Shown: positions 50,851 to 59,699 of the stretch, one piece after another
Numbering within the stretch: position 1 is the first letter of the stretch
How the letters are laid out: every line of letters starts with the position of its first letter
Assembly (NCBI GenBank): GCA_963733295.1
Contig: CAVTCS010000003.1
Coordinates: 640,001 to 704,000, forward strand
From: Vulcanimicrobiota bacterium
GTDB lineage: Bacteria > Vulcanimicrobiota > Vulcanimicrobiia > Vulcanimicrobiales > Vulcanimicrobiaceae
DNA length: 64,000 nucleotides
Reading direction: 5' to 3'
Notes under the pieces: generated by a model
Told to the model about the DNA's origin: nothing
Databases searched by the model: none
What the model saw: the letters and a program-made list of their open reading frames with translations, nothing else
Translations under genes and position numbers: made by a program

Positions 50851-52380
50851 CTACTTCGGGGAGAGGTTGACGGTCGGCATGGGCAGACGAGCCGGAGTGC
50901 GTCCGAAACGCAGGCCTTGCGCTCTCTTATGCAGTGCCGCCGTCTTCATTGCGCCCGCATTGCCGAAGCGGCCGAGTCGCATTGCAACGTGCGGCGCCGA
51001 ACCCGCCACCGTAGCCAAGCGGACCGCGGTGCTGCCGCGCGGATGCGCGACGATGCGGTATTCGAACGCGCCGGTGCTACGGCCGCCGTTCATTTCACGA
51101 ACAACGAAGCCTGACGGCGTCTTACTCGTTACGTACAGGCCGCGATTCTCGCTTTCCGACGTGATGAACACGAGATACGAACGGCTCGGATCGATCGTCT
51201 GTGCGAAAGTCCGCTCGAGCGGGATGACGGCCTGACCGTTGGCCAAGGTGGCTTCACCGAAATCTTCCATGGTGGGAATGCTCTCGCGCGGACGGTATGT
51301 CGTCACTGCGGCAGCACCCGCACGGAGTTTCACGTCGGGTCCGATGTCGGCACAGCTCCCCGCCGTTGCTGGGAAAACGCCGCCCGCGCTGCAGCCGGCG
51401 TAGACAGTCCCGCCGACGTAGAGGTCGCCGCTCACCTGAGTGTCGCTCGAACCTGCCGGCGCAGCGCCGCTGGCGTCGGCCGTACCGGATTGAACGATGA
51501 AGGTTTCATTGGGCGTACCGCCGCCGTTGAAACCGAAGGTTCCGAAGAGATCGGTTCCGCCGACCGCATCGTAACCGATGAGCGCCGGGTCGTTCGCGGT
51601 TCCGGAGAAGCCTTCCGAGATGACGCCTTCACCGCTGGCTACGCCGACGAGGGCGAAGCCCGAAGTCAAGAGGCCACCGAACACTTCCATAGCCGTACCG
51701 CTCGTCGACGACGCGATGGCGCCGAAACCGCTGTCCGACTGCAAGATCGCGCCGGTGCCGCCGTTTACCGCGTTACCGAAAACGGCCGAGCCGACCACGC
51801 TCGAGGTCGCGCCCGCGACACCGAAGTTGGCGCCGGCAGTCGAGTTGTCGGAGCCGGCGATTCCCGCAAAGCCTCCCAACGCATTACCCGTCTCAGTCGT
51901 GCCGACGACGCCGTTCGCCGCCGCTGAGTCTCCCTGCACGCCGTTTCCGCCGGTCGAAGAGCCGAATACCGCGATGCCGCCCGAACTCGAGTTTTGACCC
52001 AAGATGGAAGCCGCGGCGCCGTTCGCGTTAAAGCCGAACACGCCGGGTCCGGTATCCGAGTGTCCGAACATGCCGTAAGCTGAGGTTCCGGTCGACGACG
52101 ACCAGCCGACGACGCCCACGGACTGCGGCGTCTGCACGTAACCGACGACGCCGTCGATGTTGATGGCGCTCGAGGCTACGGTGCCGTAGCCGAAGACGCC
52201 GGCATCGTTCGCAAAGCCGGTGATACCTTTGATTGCGTAACCGGGAGATCCGCTCGGACCGCTATCGGTGACTTTCAGCGGCCCTGGTATGGATTGTGCC
52301 GCGACGGGCCCAACGAGCCCAAAGACGAGCGCTCCTGCGCCCGCTATCAATACTGCCAACGAGGACGAATTTGAACGCAA
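50851..52380 (-). CDS. Secreted fibre-like protein, paralog 4
   Basis: Same N-terminus and PTMEDFGEA..FEYRIVAHP domain; GGGAG + TTG. Confidence 0.85.
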   Translation of the reverse strand: MRSNSSSLAVLIAGAGALVFGLVGPVAAQSIPGPLKVTDSGPSGSPGYAIKGITGFANDAGVFGYGTVASSAINIDGVVGYVQTPQSVGVVGWSSSTGTSAYGMFGHSDTGPGVFGFNANGAAASILGQNSSSGGIAVFGSSTGGNGVQGDSAAANGVVGTTETGNALGGFAGIAGSDNSTAGANFGVAGATSSVVGSAVFGNAVNGGTGAILQSDSGFGAIASSTSGTAMEVFGGLLTSGFALVGVASGEGVISEGFSGTANDPALIGYDAVGGTDLFGTFGFNGGGTPNETFIVQSGTADASGAAPAGSSDTQVSGDLYVGGTVYAGCSAGGVFPATAGSCADIGPDVKLRAGAAAVTTYRPRESIPTMEDFGEATLANGQAVIPLERTFAQTIDPSRSYLVFITSESENRGLYVTSKTPSGFVVREMNGGRSTGAFEYRIVAHPRGSTAVRLATVAGSAPHVAMRLGRFGNAGAMKTAALHKRAQGLRFGRTPARLPMPTVNLSPK

Positions 52381-52485
52381 AGTTAGCTCCCTTCATTTTG
52401 GGCGGCTGGGCATAGCGGCGTTGGAATCGGACCCGAACGGCCGCCAACCGACCTTGCCGGAACGCGGCGCGACTCCTGCTGCCGC

Positions 52486-53406
52486 CTAGGGGGCGTGCGC
52501 GACGGCATAGCCGATACCGGTCGCTCCGTATCCGTTTCCGTTATAGAGGAGAAACAAGCGGTTGTCCGAGCGGACCGCCGCGGCGTAAGCGACCATCTCC
52601 GAGTCCCAACCCGCCGGGGAAACGTCGAGGAGCGGAGGCTCCATCCTCGTCCAGGCGAGTCCGTCGTTCGAAACGGCGCGTCCCAGCCGATAAGCGGTCC
52701 CACGGTGCGAGAACCACATCTCGTAGCCGCCCGGCGCTGGAAAGACGAACGGTCGCGCGAGCGCGTATTCCGTTTCGCCCGCGTACTCGATCGCGACGCG
52801 CCCCTCGCGCCGCCAATGTATCCCGTCCGACGACTCGGCGTAGCGTATGTGGTAGAAGTGCCGCGGGCCTTCGGCTCGTTGCTCCCAACGGCTGCAGGAC
52901 ACGTACCACATTCGCCAGCGGCCGTTCTCCACGATCACGTAGGGCGAGGCGGTCAAGTACGGATCGACGGCGTCGCGCTCGAGAATCGGGGCTTGCGAGG
53001 AACGCCGGAAGGTCGCGCCTCCGTCCTCGCTGATCGCGAGGCCTGCGAACATGTAGAACGGTACGCTAACTCCCAGGGACCAGCCGGTATAGTAGAGATA
53101 TTTTCGTCCGCCGTTTTGCACGACGCATGACACGGTGACGCCGCCGTCGTCGAACGCGCCGAGTTCTCCCAACCCGAGGATCGGCGAGCGCTCGACCTCG
53201 ACGACGCGAAGACCGTCGCCCTCGATCGACAGGCGGAATCGTCCGATCGAGGCGCGATTGGCGGCGTCGCGCGCGCTGTAGTAGACGTTATACGTGCCGT
53301 CGTCCAAGCGTTCGGGCGTGGGAATGGCGGCGTGCGAGGCCGCCCATCCTAGATCGCGCGGAAGCTCGAAGAGCAGACCTCGCTTCGCAAACTCGGCATC
53401 AGACAT
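52486..53406 (-). CDS. Five-bladed beta-propeller glycosidase-like protein (GH32/43/130 clan), WbqC-associated
   Basis: Repeated SEDGG/SSDGIHW/SNDGLAW boxes, GAFDDGG, LYNGNGYG.TGIG. Confidence 0.78.
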   Translation of the reverse strand: MSDAEFAKRGLLFELPRDLGWAASHAAIPTPERLDDGTYNVYYSARDAANRASIGRFRLSIEGDGLRVVEVERSPILGLGELGAFDDGGVTVSCVVQNGGRKYLYYTGWSLGVSVPFYMFAGLAISEDGGATFRRSSQAPILERDAVDPYLTASPYVIVENGRWRMWYVSCSRWEQRAEGPRHFYHIRYAESSDGIHWRREGRVAIEYAGETEYALARPFVFPAPGGYEMWFSHRGTAYRLGRAVSNDGLAWTRMEPPLLDVSPAGWDSEMVAYAAAVRSDNRLFLLYNGNGYGATGIGYAVAHAP

Positions 53407-53416
53407 GAAGGCTTTG

Positions 53417-54070
53417 TTACGCTAAGCGCACGATCAGGGTGAACTCGTAAAGCGGGTAGTCCGCAAGCAACGCGACGCGTCGCGAAAAACGCTTCCGGCA
53501 GTGCTCGAAGAAAAAGGCCGGGTCGGCGTAGTACAGGTCCGGGCGCATTCGTTCCGCGTCGCTGTGAAGCGTCAGCATGTTGAACGCGAACCCGCGCGCG
53601 CTCAGTTTTGCGATTTCCCCGATGGTCTCGAGCACGTAATCCAACCAAACGGAATCCTCAGTCTCGAGGCGTACGTTAAAAACTCCGCTCGCAACGGTGT
53701 AGTCGGCCTGCGACAGCAGCGACGCGTCGTCGGCGAATGCGGCGGCCTCAACGTTCGGGTGGGTTCTTCGGGCAGCCGCCAGCATCGCTTGCGAAAGGTC
53801 GAAGCCGCGGTAGCGGCAGTCGGGCGCGCGGCTGTCGAGGTAGTCGCGGAGCGCTCCGTACCCGCACCCGTAGTCGTTGATGGAGAAAGGCTCGCCGAGC
53901 GCGTCGACGACTTTGAGGAGCTGCTCGAAACGCAACTCTTGCGACTCTTTGGAGTTCCAGTCAACGCCGCGGTGGTTGGCGCCGTGTTCGGCGACCTTCG
54001 CCGAGTAGTATTTGTCGACGCCGGCGAGCAGCGTGCCGGAGGCCAGCAAGTTTCTAGGCGCGTCGGACAT
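53417..54070 (-). CDS. Class I SAM-dependent methyltransferase
   Basis: GVDWNS..SQ..RF, NDYGCGYG, ASGVFN, AFNML. Confidence 0.85.
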   Translation of the reverse strand: MSDAPRNLLASGTLLAGVDKYYSAKVAEHGANHRGVDWNSKESQELRFEQLLKVVDALGEPFSINDYGCGYGALRDYLDSRAPDCRYRGFDLSQAMLAAARRTHPNVEAAAFADDASLLSQADYTVASGVFNVRLETEDSVWLDYVLETIGEIAKLSARGFAFNMLTLHSDAERMRPDLYYADPAFFFEHCRKRFSRRVALLADYPLYEFTLIVRLA

Positions 54071-54743
54071 AGCGCGCGGCTTGCGATCCCGTATGCAAGA
54101 TGAGATCCAAGATGCTTACCTTGTGCTCGAACGGAGGGTAGAGCTGCGGGTATTCCGGATACCCCTCGTAATCCATCCACTCGACGCGAACGCCGCGTTC
54201 GACGAACGCGCGCTCGTCGAGGTACGACCGCGCCGAAGGCCCCGACAAGTAGTGCGTCGCGCCGGCTTGCAGGCAGAGATCGACCAACCGTTCATTTTTT
54301 CCGGCTACGAGGCGGTACTCGGAAGAGCTGCCGATCTTCGTGCGGATGTCGAGACGCTCGCACACGGCTTCGATGAGCAGCCGGTTCACCTGCGAAAGCT
54401 GCGCGCTCGTGAGTTTTTGGTAGACGCTTTCGATCCAGGGAAAATACTCGCGAAAGTGCGGCGCCTTCGCGTAGGTATGACGCAAGGCTGCCAAGTGCCG
54501 CTCGCGCCACCCGGGATCCGAAATCGCGGTCTCGTTGATCTTTTGAAGATACTTGCCCTTCACCGCGACGGGAATCGTCAGCCAGCGCACGCCGTCCGGA
54601 GACTTGATCGCATTCCGATTGCGCCAATCGCGGCGCGTGAACTGCACGTCGTCGTAGAGCACGAACTCGTCGACCCGGCCGATGAGATCGAAATAGCCCT
54701 TCCAGGGGATGTAGCTCGACTGGACGATCGCTATCCGCTTCAG
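54054..54743 (-). CDS. wbqC: WbqC-like protein (putative glycyl transferase)
   Basis: IVQSSYIPWKGYF, YDDVQF..DWRNRN, YLSGPSA, YPEYPQ, SILDLI; start upstream of ORF-track start. Confidence 0.88.
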   Translation of the reverse strand: MKRIAIVQSSYIPWKGYFDLIGRVDEFVLYDDVQFTRRDWRNRNAIKSPDGVRWLTIPVAVKGKYLQKINETAISDPGWRERHLAALRHTYAKAPHFREYFPWIESVYQKLTSAQLSQVNRLLIEAVCERLDIRTKIGSSSEYRLVAGKNERLVDLCLQAGATHYLSGPSARSYLDERAFVERGVRVEWMDYEGYPEYPQLYPPFEHKVSILDLILHTGSQAARYVRRA

Positions 54744-54756
54744 CGGTGACTCACGT

Positions 54757-55419
54757 TCAGAACCCGCGAAGCTCGTCGCTCTTCACGTTCGACGGATCGG
54801 TATTGACGCTCGGGTACACGCCTTTCTCGATCGTGTTCTTCAAGATCATCGCGCCGGCTCCGATAATGCATTCCGGTGCGACCTTGATCCCGTCGCGAAG
54901 CGTCGCGTTGACCCCGATAAAGCTGTTGTTCCCGATGTCGCAGTGTCCGGAAATGACGACGTGACTCGCGATGAAACAGTTGTCGCCGATGCGCGAATGG
55001 TGACCGATGTGGTTTCCACTCCAAATAATGACGTTGTTTCCGATCGTGACGAACGGCTGAATGACGTTGTTTTCGAAGATGAAGCAGTTGTCGCCGACGG
55101 TCAATTGGCCCCAATGGATCGCTCGCGAGTTGACGTACGTGAGGAGGCGGTAGCCTTTGCTCTTGCACAACGCATAGATCTCGGCTCGGCGCTTGTTCAC
55201 TTTACTGAAACCAAGCGCCACGAACATCTCTACTTCGCCCGGCGGAAAGCGCTGCTCCATTTCTTCGAAGGGCACGATGGGAAGTCCGAGCAGCTCCTCA
55301 GACTTACGGTACTCGCGGTGGACCGTAAAAGCCTCGACCACATAGGGGCTGTCCGCCGTTAAGTACGCGTACGCAACCTCGGCAAAGTCGGTCGTACCGA
55401 AAATGACCGCCCGCTTCAA
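54757..55419 (-). CDS. NeuD/PglD-like hexapeptide-repeat sugar acyltransferase
   Basis: VIFG, N..R..IY...K..GY, IG.N hexapeptide repeats, IGHH; TTG overlaps upstream stop. Confidence 0.87.
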   Translation of the reverse strand: MKRAVIFGTTDFAEVAYAYLTADSPYVVEAFTVHREYRKSEELLGLPIVPFEEMEQRFPPGEVEMFVALGFSKVNKRRAEIYALCKSKGYRLLTYVNSRAIHWGQLTVGDNCFIFENNVIQPFVTIGNNVIIWSGNHIGHHSRIGDNCFIASHVVISGHCDIGNNSFIGVNATLRDGIKVAPECIIGAGAMILKNTIEKGVYPSVNTDPSNVKSDELRGF

Positions 55420-56573
55420 GTCGTCGCGAGCGCCGGCAGCGCAGCGGCCTGCACCGCGTCGATCACACGAGTCTGATCGGCTTCGGAAAGGTCGTTGAAG
55501 AAGGGGAGGCGCACGAGCCGCTCGCTGACGTCTTCGGTGACGGGACAGTTGCCCGGCGCTCCGCCGAAGAGCCGCCCCATCCTCGACGTGTGCAGCGGAA
55601 CGTAGTGGAATACGGCGTTGATGTCCTTGACTCTGAGCGATTCGATCAGCTCGCTCCGCGCTTCGGCCGAGGGCATGATCAGGTAGTACATGTGGTACGG
55701 TTGCTCGCAGTGTGCCGGGACGAACGGGAGCCGAACGCCGCGCGTCTCGGCCCAATCCCTGAGTCCCTCGTCGTAGCGCTCCCAGATGCGACGTCGCTGC
55801 CGTTGTATCTGATCGCGGTTCTCGAATTGCGCGAGGAGGAACCCCGCGAGCAGATCGGAGGGTAGGTAACTCGAGCCGACGCCGACCCAACTGTACTTGT
55901 CGACGGCGCCGCGGAAGAACTGTTTGCGGTTCGTCCCTTTCTCCCGGATGATCTCCGCTTCTTCGACGTACCGGATGTCGTTAAGGAGCAGCGCGCCGCC
56001 TTCACCGCACGTAAAGTTCTTCGTTTCGTGAAAACTCTGCGTCGCCATAGCTCCGAGCGTGCCGAGCTGCCGCCCGCGGTACTTTCCGAAAAGGCCGTGA
56101 GCGTTGTCCTCGATGACGCGCAGGTCGTGTCGCTGCGCCAACGCGAGGATCGCGTCCATCTCGCACGCCACGCCGGCGTAGTGCACGACGACGATTGCTT
56201 TGGTGCGCGGCGTGATCAGAGCCTCGAGCGCGCGTTCGTCGAGATTTAGCGTATCGGCCCGGATGTCTGCGAAAACCGGCCGAGCGCCGCGCAAGACGAA
56301 AGCGTTCGCCGACGAGACGAAGGTGAAGGAGGGCAAGACGATTTCGTCGCCGGGCTCGAGATGCAGAAGCAGTGCGGCCATCTCGAGGGCGTGCGTGCAC
56401 GAGGTCGTGAGCAACGCTTTGGGCGCGCCCACCTCTCGCTCCAAGAAGCGGTGGCAGCGCTCGGTAAAATCGCCGTCGCCCGAGATGTGCATCCGCTGTA
56501 GCGACAGGGCCACGTTTTCGAGCTCTTTACCGGTCAGACACGGACGGTTGAACGGAATCCTAGCCGACGTCAA
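55416..56573 (-). CDS. wecE: dTDP-4-amino-4,6-dideoxygalactose transaminase
   Basis: IPFNRP, SGDGDFT, SCTHALEM, SFHETKN, EKGTNR, VDKYSW, FHYVPLH. Confidence 0.92.
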   Translation of the reverse strand: MTSARIPFNRPCLTGKELENVALSLQRMHISGDGDFTERCHRFLEREVGAPKALLTTSCTHALEMAALLLHLEPGDEIVLPSFTFVSSANAFVLRGARPVFADIRADTLNLDERALEALITPRTKAIVVVHYAGVACEMDAILALAQRHDLRVIEDNAHGLFGKYRGRQLGTLGAMATQSFHETKNFTCGEGGALLLNDIRYVEEAEIIREKGTNRKQFFRGAVDKYSWVGVGSSYLPSDLLAGFLLAQFENRDQIQRQRRRIWERYDEGLRDWAETRGVRLPFVPAHCEQPYHMYYLIMPSAEARSELIESLRVKDINAVFHYVPLHTSRMGRLFGGAPGNCPVTEDVSERLVRLPFFNDLSEADQTRVIDAVQAAALPALATT

Positions 56574-56681
56574 TAGAACCGACTCCCCACGGGGACGTAG
56601 CGCCGGAAATTGCGTTCCCCGGAGCCGATGCCCATCCTGCGAGCAAGAACGGTCATCGGTCTGAGCTAATACGAACGGCGC

Positions 56682-58592
56682 ATGCTTCGCCGCTTCGCGT
56701 CTCTCTTCGGCAGCGCGCTGCTCGCCGGTACCTACAGCGCTGCCTCGTACGTGCTGCAGCGACGAATCGGGCTGAACCTAGCCGACGAGGGCTATTTGTG
56801 GTGCGGTGCGCGCGACACGGCCGCGGGCGCTCAGCCGATTCGTGATTTCGATTCGTACGACCCGGCGCGCTATTGGTGGACCGCGGCGGTGATGAAGCTG
56901 CGCGGTGACGACGGGATCTTGAGCGTGCGGCTCGCCGCCGCCGTTTGGGAAGCAGCGGCGCTGTTCGCGTTTTTCCGGCTGGACAAACGCAGGGGCCGGG
57001 GCGCCACGCGACTGTTCGAAGCGCTCCTGCTGCAGATCTGGTTGTTTCCGCTTTACCGAAGCTTCGATAACGCGATGCCCGTCTTTACGACGCTCACTTT
57101 AACGCGGCTTATCGAGAACCCGAGCCCGCGGCGGTTTTTTGAAACGGGTGCGTACTCCGCCTTCTCGGCGCTCGTGGGAAGAAACCACGGCGTCTACTCG
57201 ATGGCGTCGCTCGGCGCCGCTGCGTTGCTCGTCCCGTTCGGCGGGCGCCAGCTTCGCGCGGCGGCGGTCGCGTTGCCGCTGGGTCTCGCCTGCGGCTATT
57301 CGCCGATCATCGCATTGTGCGCCGTCGATCGCCGCTTTCGACGCGAGTTTACCGCCAGTATCGTGCGGCAGTTCGGGCGGGGCTCGACTCCGCTGAAGCT
57401 GCCCCTGCCCTGGCCGTGGCGCGTTCTCGGAAAGACGAAAAGCCGGCGCGCGATTGCCTCGAGCCTCATCTTTCTCGCACTGCCGCTAACGTATTCGGCC
57501 GCGCTCATCCGGAGGTTCGTCGCGCCGAAGCGTGAGGCGCCGGAAGCGACCTCGCTTGCGGCCTGTTGCGCCGGCGTCGTTTACCTGCACTGCGTGTATT
57601 CGCGAGCCGGGCTGGCGCATATCGCGTCGGGAATTTTTCCTTGTCTGTGGCTTGCTTGCAGCTTCGGAGCGGTTTCGCGGCTCGCGTTCGCAGCGGCGAC
57701 CGTCGCGATGAGCGAATACCTCATCCCGATCTTGCAGATGGCCTTCTCGGCGGAGCCGTACAAGAGCATCGACGTGCACGGCGACATGCTCGTCGTGCCC
57801 GCCTCCGAGGCGGACTTTCTCACGAATATGGCGGGCGAACTCCGGGCCGCAGGTGCGGATGGGCGTGCAGTCGCCTTCGTGCCGCACTATCCGGCGCTGT
57901 ATCCCGCGTTCTCGAAACCGATCGTCATCTATGAGATCTACATGACGCCGCCGTCACCCGATGAGCAACAGGCCGTTCTGATCGCCCAGTTGCAACGCAA
58001 CGACGTCCGCTTCGTTGTGATGCGCGACATCGCGCTCGATCAAAACGAAGCGTTGCGCATGCAGAATTCGCACTCCCGGTTCTGGCGCTACGTGCTCACG
58101 AGCTTCGAGCGGGTTCCGACCGCGACGCTTCCCGCGGACCTCCTCTTGCTGCGTCGCAGCGAGCCCGGTGAGAGCGGAGAACAGATTCCGTCGGAGGTTC
58201 GCTTCGACGATCGAACGATGCGCTGCGTTGCAGGCAGCGGATTCTTTCGAGTCGAGGAAGACGGGCGGATGTGGGCGGCGCCGACGGTGCTGCTCAAGCT
58301 GCGGATCCCGGATGACGCGCGGACGTTGTTCGTGGAAGGCGTGGCGCCGAACGAACTAGGCGGATCTCCCGGTCAGTGCATAACCTGTTCTCTCGACGGG
58401 GCTCCGCTCGGAGAACGAACGGTCGGCTCCGGACCGTTCGAGGCGTTCTTCGAGCTACCGGACACGCTGCCGCGAAATCGCACGACCGTTCTCGAGATCG
58501 CTTTCGGCGAAAGCTTCGTTCCCAACAAGGCCGGCAACAGCTCCGACGGGCGCACCCTGAGCGCCCTGCTGTCAACCGTGGGCTTTCGTTGA
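56682..58592 (+). CDS. Polytopic membrane protein, probable GT-C glycosyltransferase with C-terminal beta-sandwich
   Basis: ADEG after TM1, P.RDF.SY.P.RY, RNHG; C-terminal P..AGNSSDGRTL motif. Confidence 0.68.
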   Translation: MLRRFASLFGSALLAGTYSAASYVLQRRIGLNLADEGYLWCGARDTAAGAQPIRDFDSYDPARYWWTAAVMKLRGDDGILSVRLAAAVWEAAALFAFFRLDKRRGRGATRLFEALLLQIWLFPLYRSFDNAMPVFTTLTLTRLIENPSPRRFFETGAYSAFSALVGRNHGVYSMASLGAAALLVPFGGRQLRAAAVALPLGLACGYSPIIALCAVDRRFRREFTASIVRQFGRGSTPLKLPLPWPWRVLGKTKSRRAIASSLIFLALPLTYSAALIRRFVAPKREAPEATSLAACCAGVVYLHCVYSRAGLAHIASGIFPCLWLACSFGAVSRLAFAAATVAMSEYLIPILQMAFSAEPYKSIDVHGDMLVVPASEADFLTNMAGELRAAGADGRAVAFVPHYPALYPAFSKPIVIYEIYMTPPSPDEQQAVLIAQLQRNDVRFVVMRDIALDQNEALRMQNSHSRFWRYVLTSFERVPTATLPADLLLLRRSEPGESGEQIPSEVRFDDRTMRCVAGSGFFRVEEDGRMWAAPTVLLKLRIPDDARTLFVEGVAPNELGGSPGQCITCSLDGAPLGERTVGSGPFEAFFELPDTLPRNRTTVLEIAFGESFVPNKAGNSSDGRTLSALLSTVGFR

Positions 58593-58615
58593 ACCTCCCA
58601 GATGCGTGGCCGGGA

Positions 58616-59320
58616 CTATTGCACCGTCGCGTACGTGTAACCGTACTTCTGCTGCATGACCGCCAGCGCTCCGACGCCGCCCGGGACGACGATCGCGCCG
58701 GGGATGAGGTGCGCGAGGATGTCGCCGGCAACCTCAGGCGCCGACATGCCGGCCGGGCCTTTGCCGGCTTTGATCAGAAGACGCGACTGCTCCTCAACCG
58801 CGGTGTGACAGGTCAGAAAGAGCACGCCTCGCTCTTGCAACGCCGTAATACCGGTGTCCTGATAGTAACCGTTTTCGGCATTGAGATCTTTCGACGCGGT
58901 TGCGGGGTACTTTCGCGGAAAGAAGACGTTCGTGGCGATCCGATTTCCGGCGGCATCCTTGAAATCGAAGAAGTCGCCGATCGAATACTTCGTCCAGACG
59001 TAATCCGAGTACGTGTACGTCACCGACGGACCATGATTGACGGCAGCTATGCTGATCCGTTTCGGTTCGTAGCCGAAGCCGAACTGCAGCGTGTTGAGGC
59101 TGTTCTTGATGTTGCCTAAGACCCCGGGTCGCAGGGCGACGTTATCCCAGAGTTGGCGTATGTCCGCCGGCCGGGCGACCGCCGCGACGAAGCCCTTTTC
59201 GTCGAAGCTGCTCTGCGATTCGACGAGATCGGTCCCCCCCGGGACGTCTGCGGAGGCGGCTGTGGCCGCAAGAGCGCTTGCCGCGGCTAGGCCTCCGGCA
59301 ATGAAAATAGAGCGTTGCAT
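58616..59320 (-). CDS. Exported DsrE-like protein with Tat-like signal
   Basis: MQRSIFI..AASA signal; LQERGVLFLTCHTA, VVPGGVGALAVMQ..GYTY. Confidence 0.65.
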   Translation of the reverse strand: MQRSIFIAGGLAAASALAATAASADVPGGTDLVESQSSFDEKGFVAAVARPADIRQLWDNVALRPGVLGNIKNSLNTLQFGFGYEPKRISIAAVNHGPSVTYTYSDYVWTKYSIGDFFDFKDAAGNRIATNVFFPRKYPATASKDLNAENGYYQDTGITALQERGVLFLTCHTAVEEQSRLLIKAGKGPAGMSAPEVAGDILAHLIPGAIVVPGGVGALAVMQQKYGYTYATVQ

Positions 59321-59326
59321 GCGGGC

Positions 59327-59335
59327 ATGCTATCA
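59327..59335 (-). promoter_or_regulatory. Extended -10 promoter implying a leaderless mRNA
   Basis: TGaTAGCAT followed 6 nt later by the ATG; no SD. Confidence 0.55.
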
Positions 59336-59699
59336 ATCGAAGCACCGCTCCGCAAGGACGATTCGAGGCCCGCTCGGCGGGTGTCCGACCTGCCGCGTCC
59401 GAACCGTGAAGTTTAAGCCTCAGGCCACCCGTCCGCGAGCTCGAGAGGCGCCGCTGTCGACCTTCCGTCTTCAATAAAATGGCGGCGCGGTGCCGGCCTG
59501 CCCGGAAGCGGCCCAAGGCCGTTCCTCGCAAAAGGAGACTGCTTGACCCGGCTCGTCCTGCACCACCGAAACGCGCGGAGAGTCTTTCTCCACGGAGACG
59601 ATTGAATCGCGATTACGGGCGGCGCGAATTCGCCACCGGCTCGAGCGGCGATGCATTGCAGGAAACCACCCCGGTGCTCAGGGCGCGGCGGCTACGGCG

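Noticed and set aside
38753..52380. Diversity-generating retroelement, shufflon or prophage explanation for the paralogs
   Set aside because: No reverse transcriptase, recombinase, adenine-specific TR/VR pair, or phage structural genes in the window
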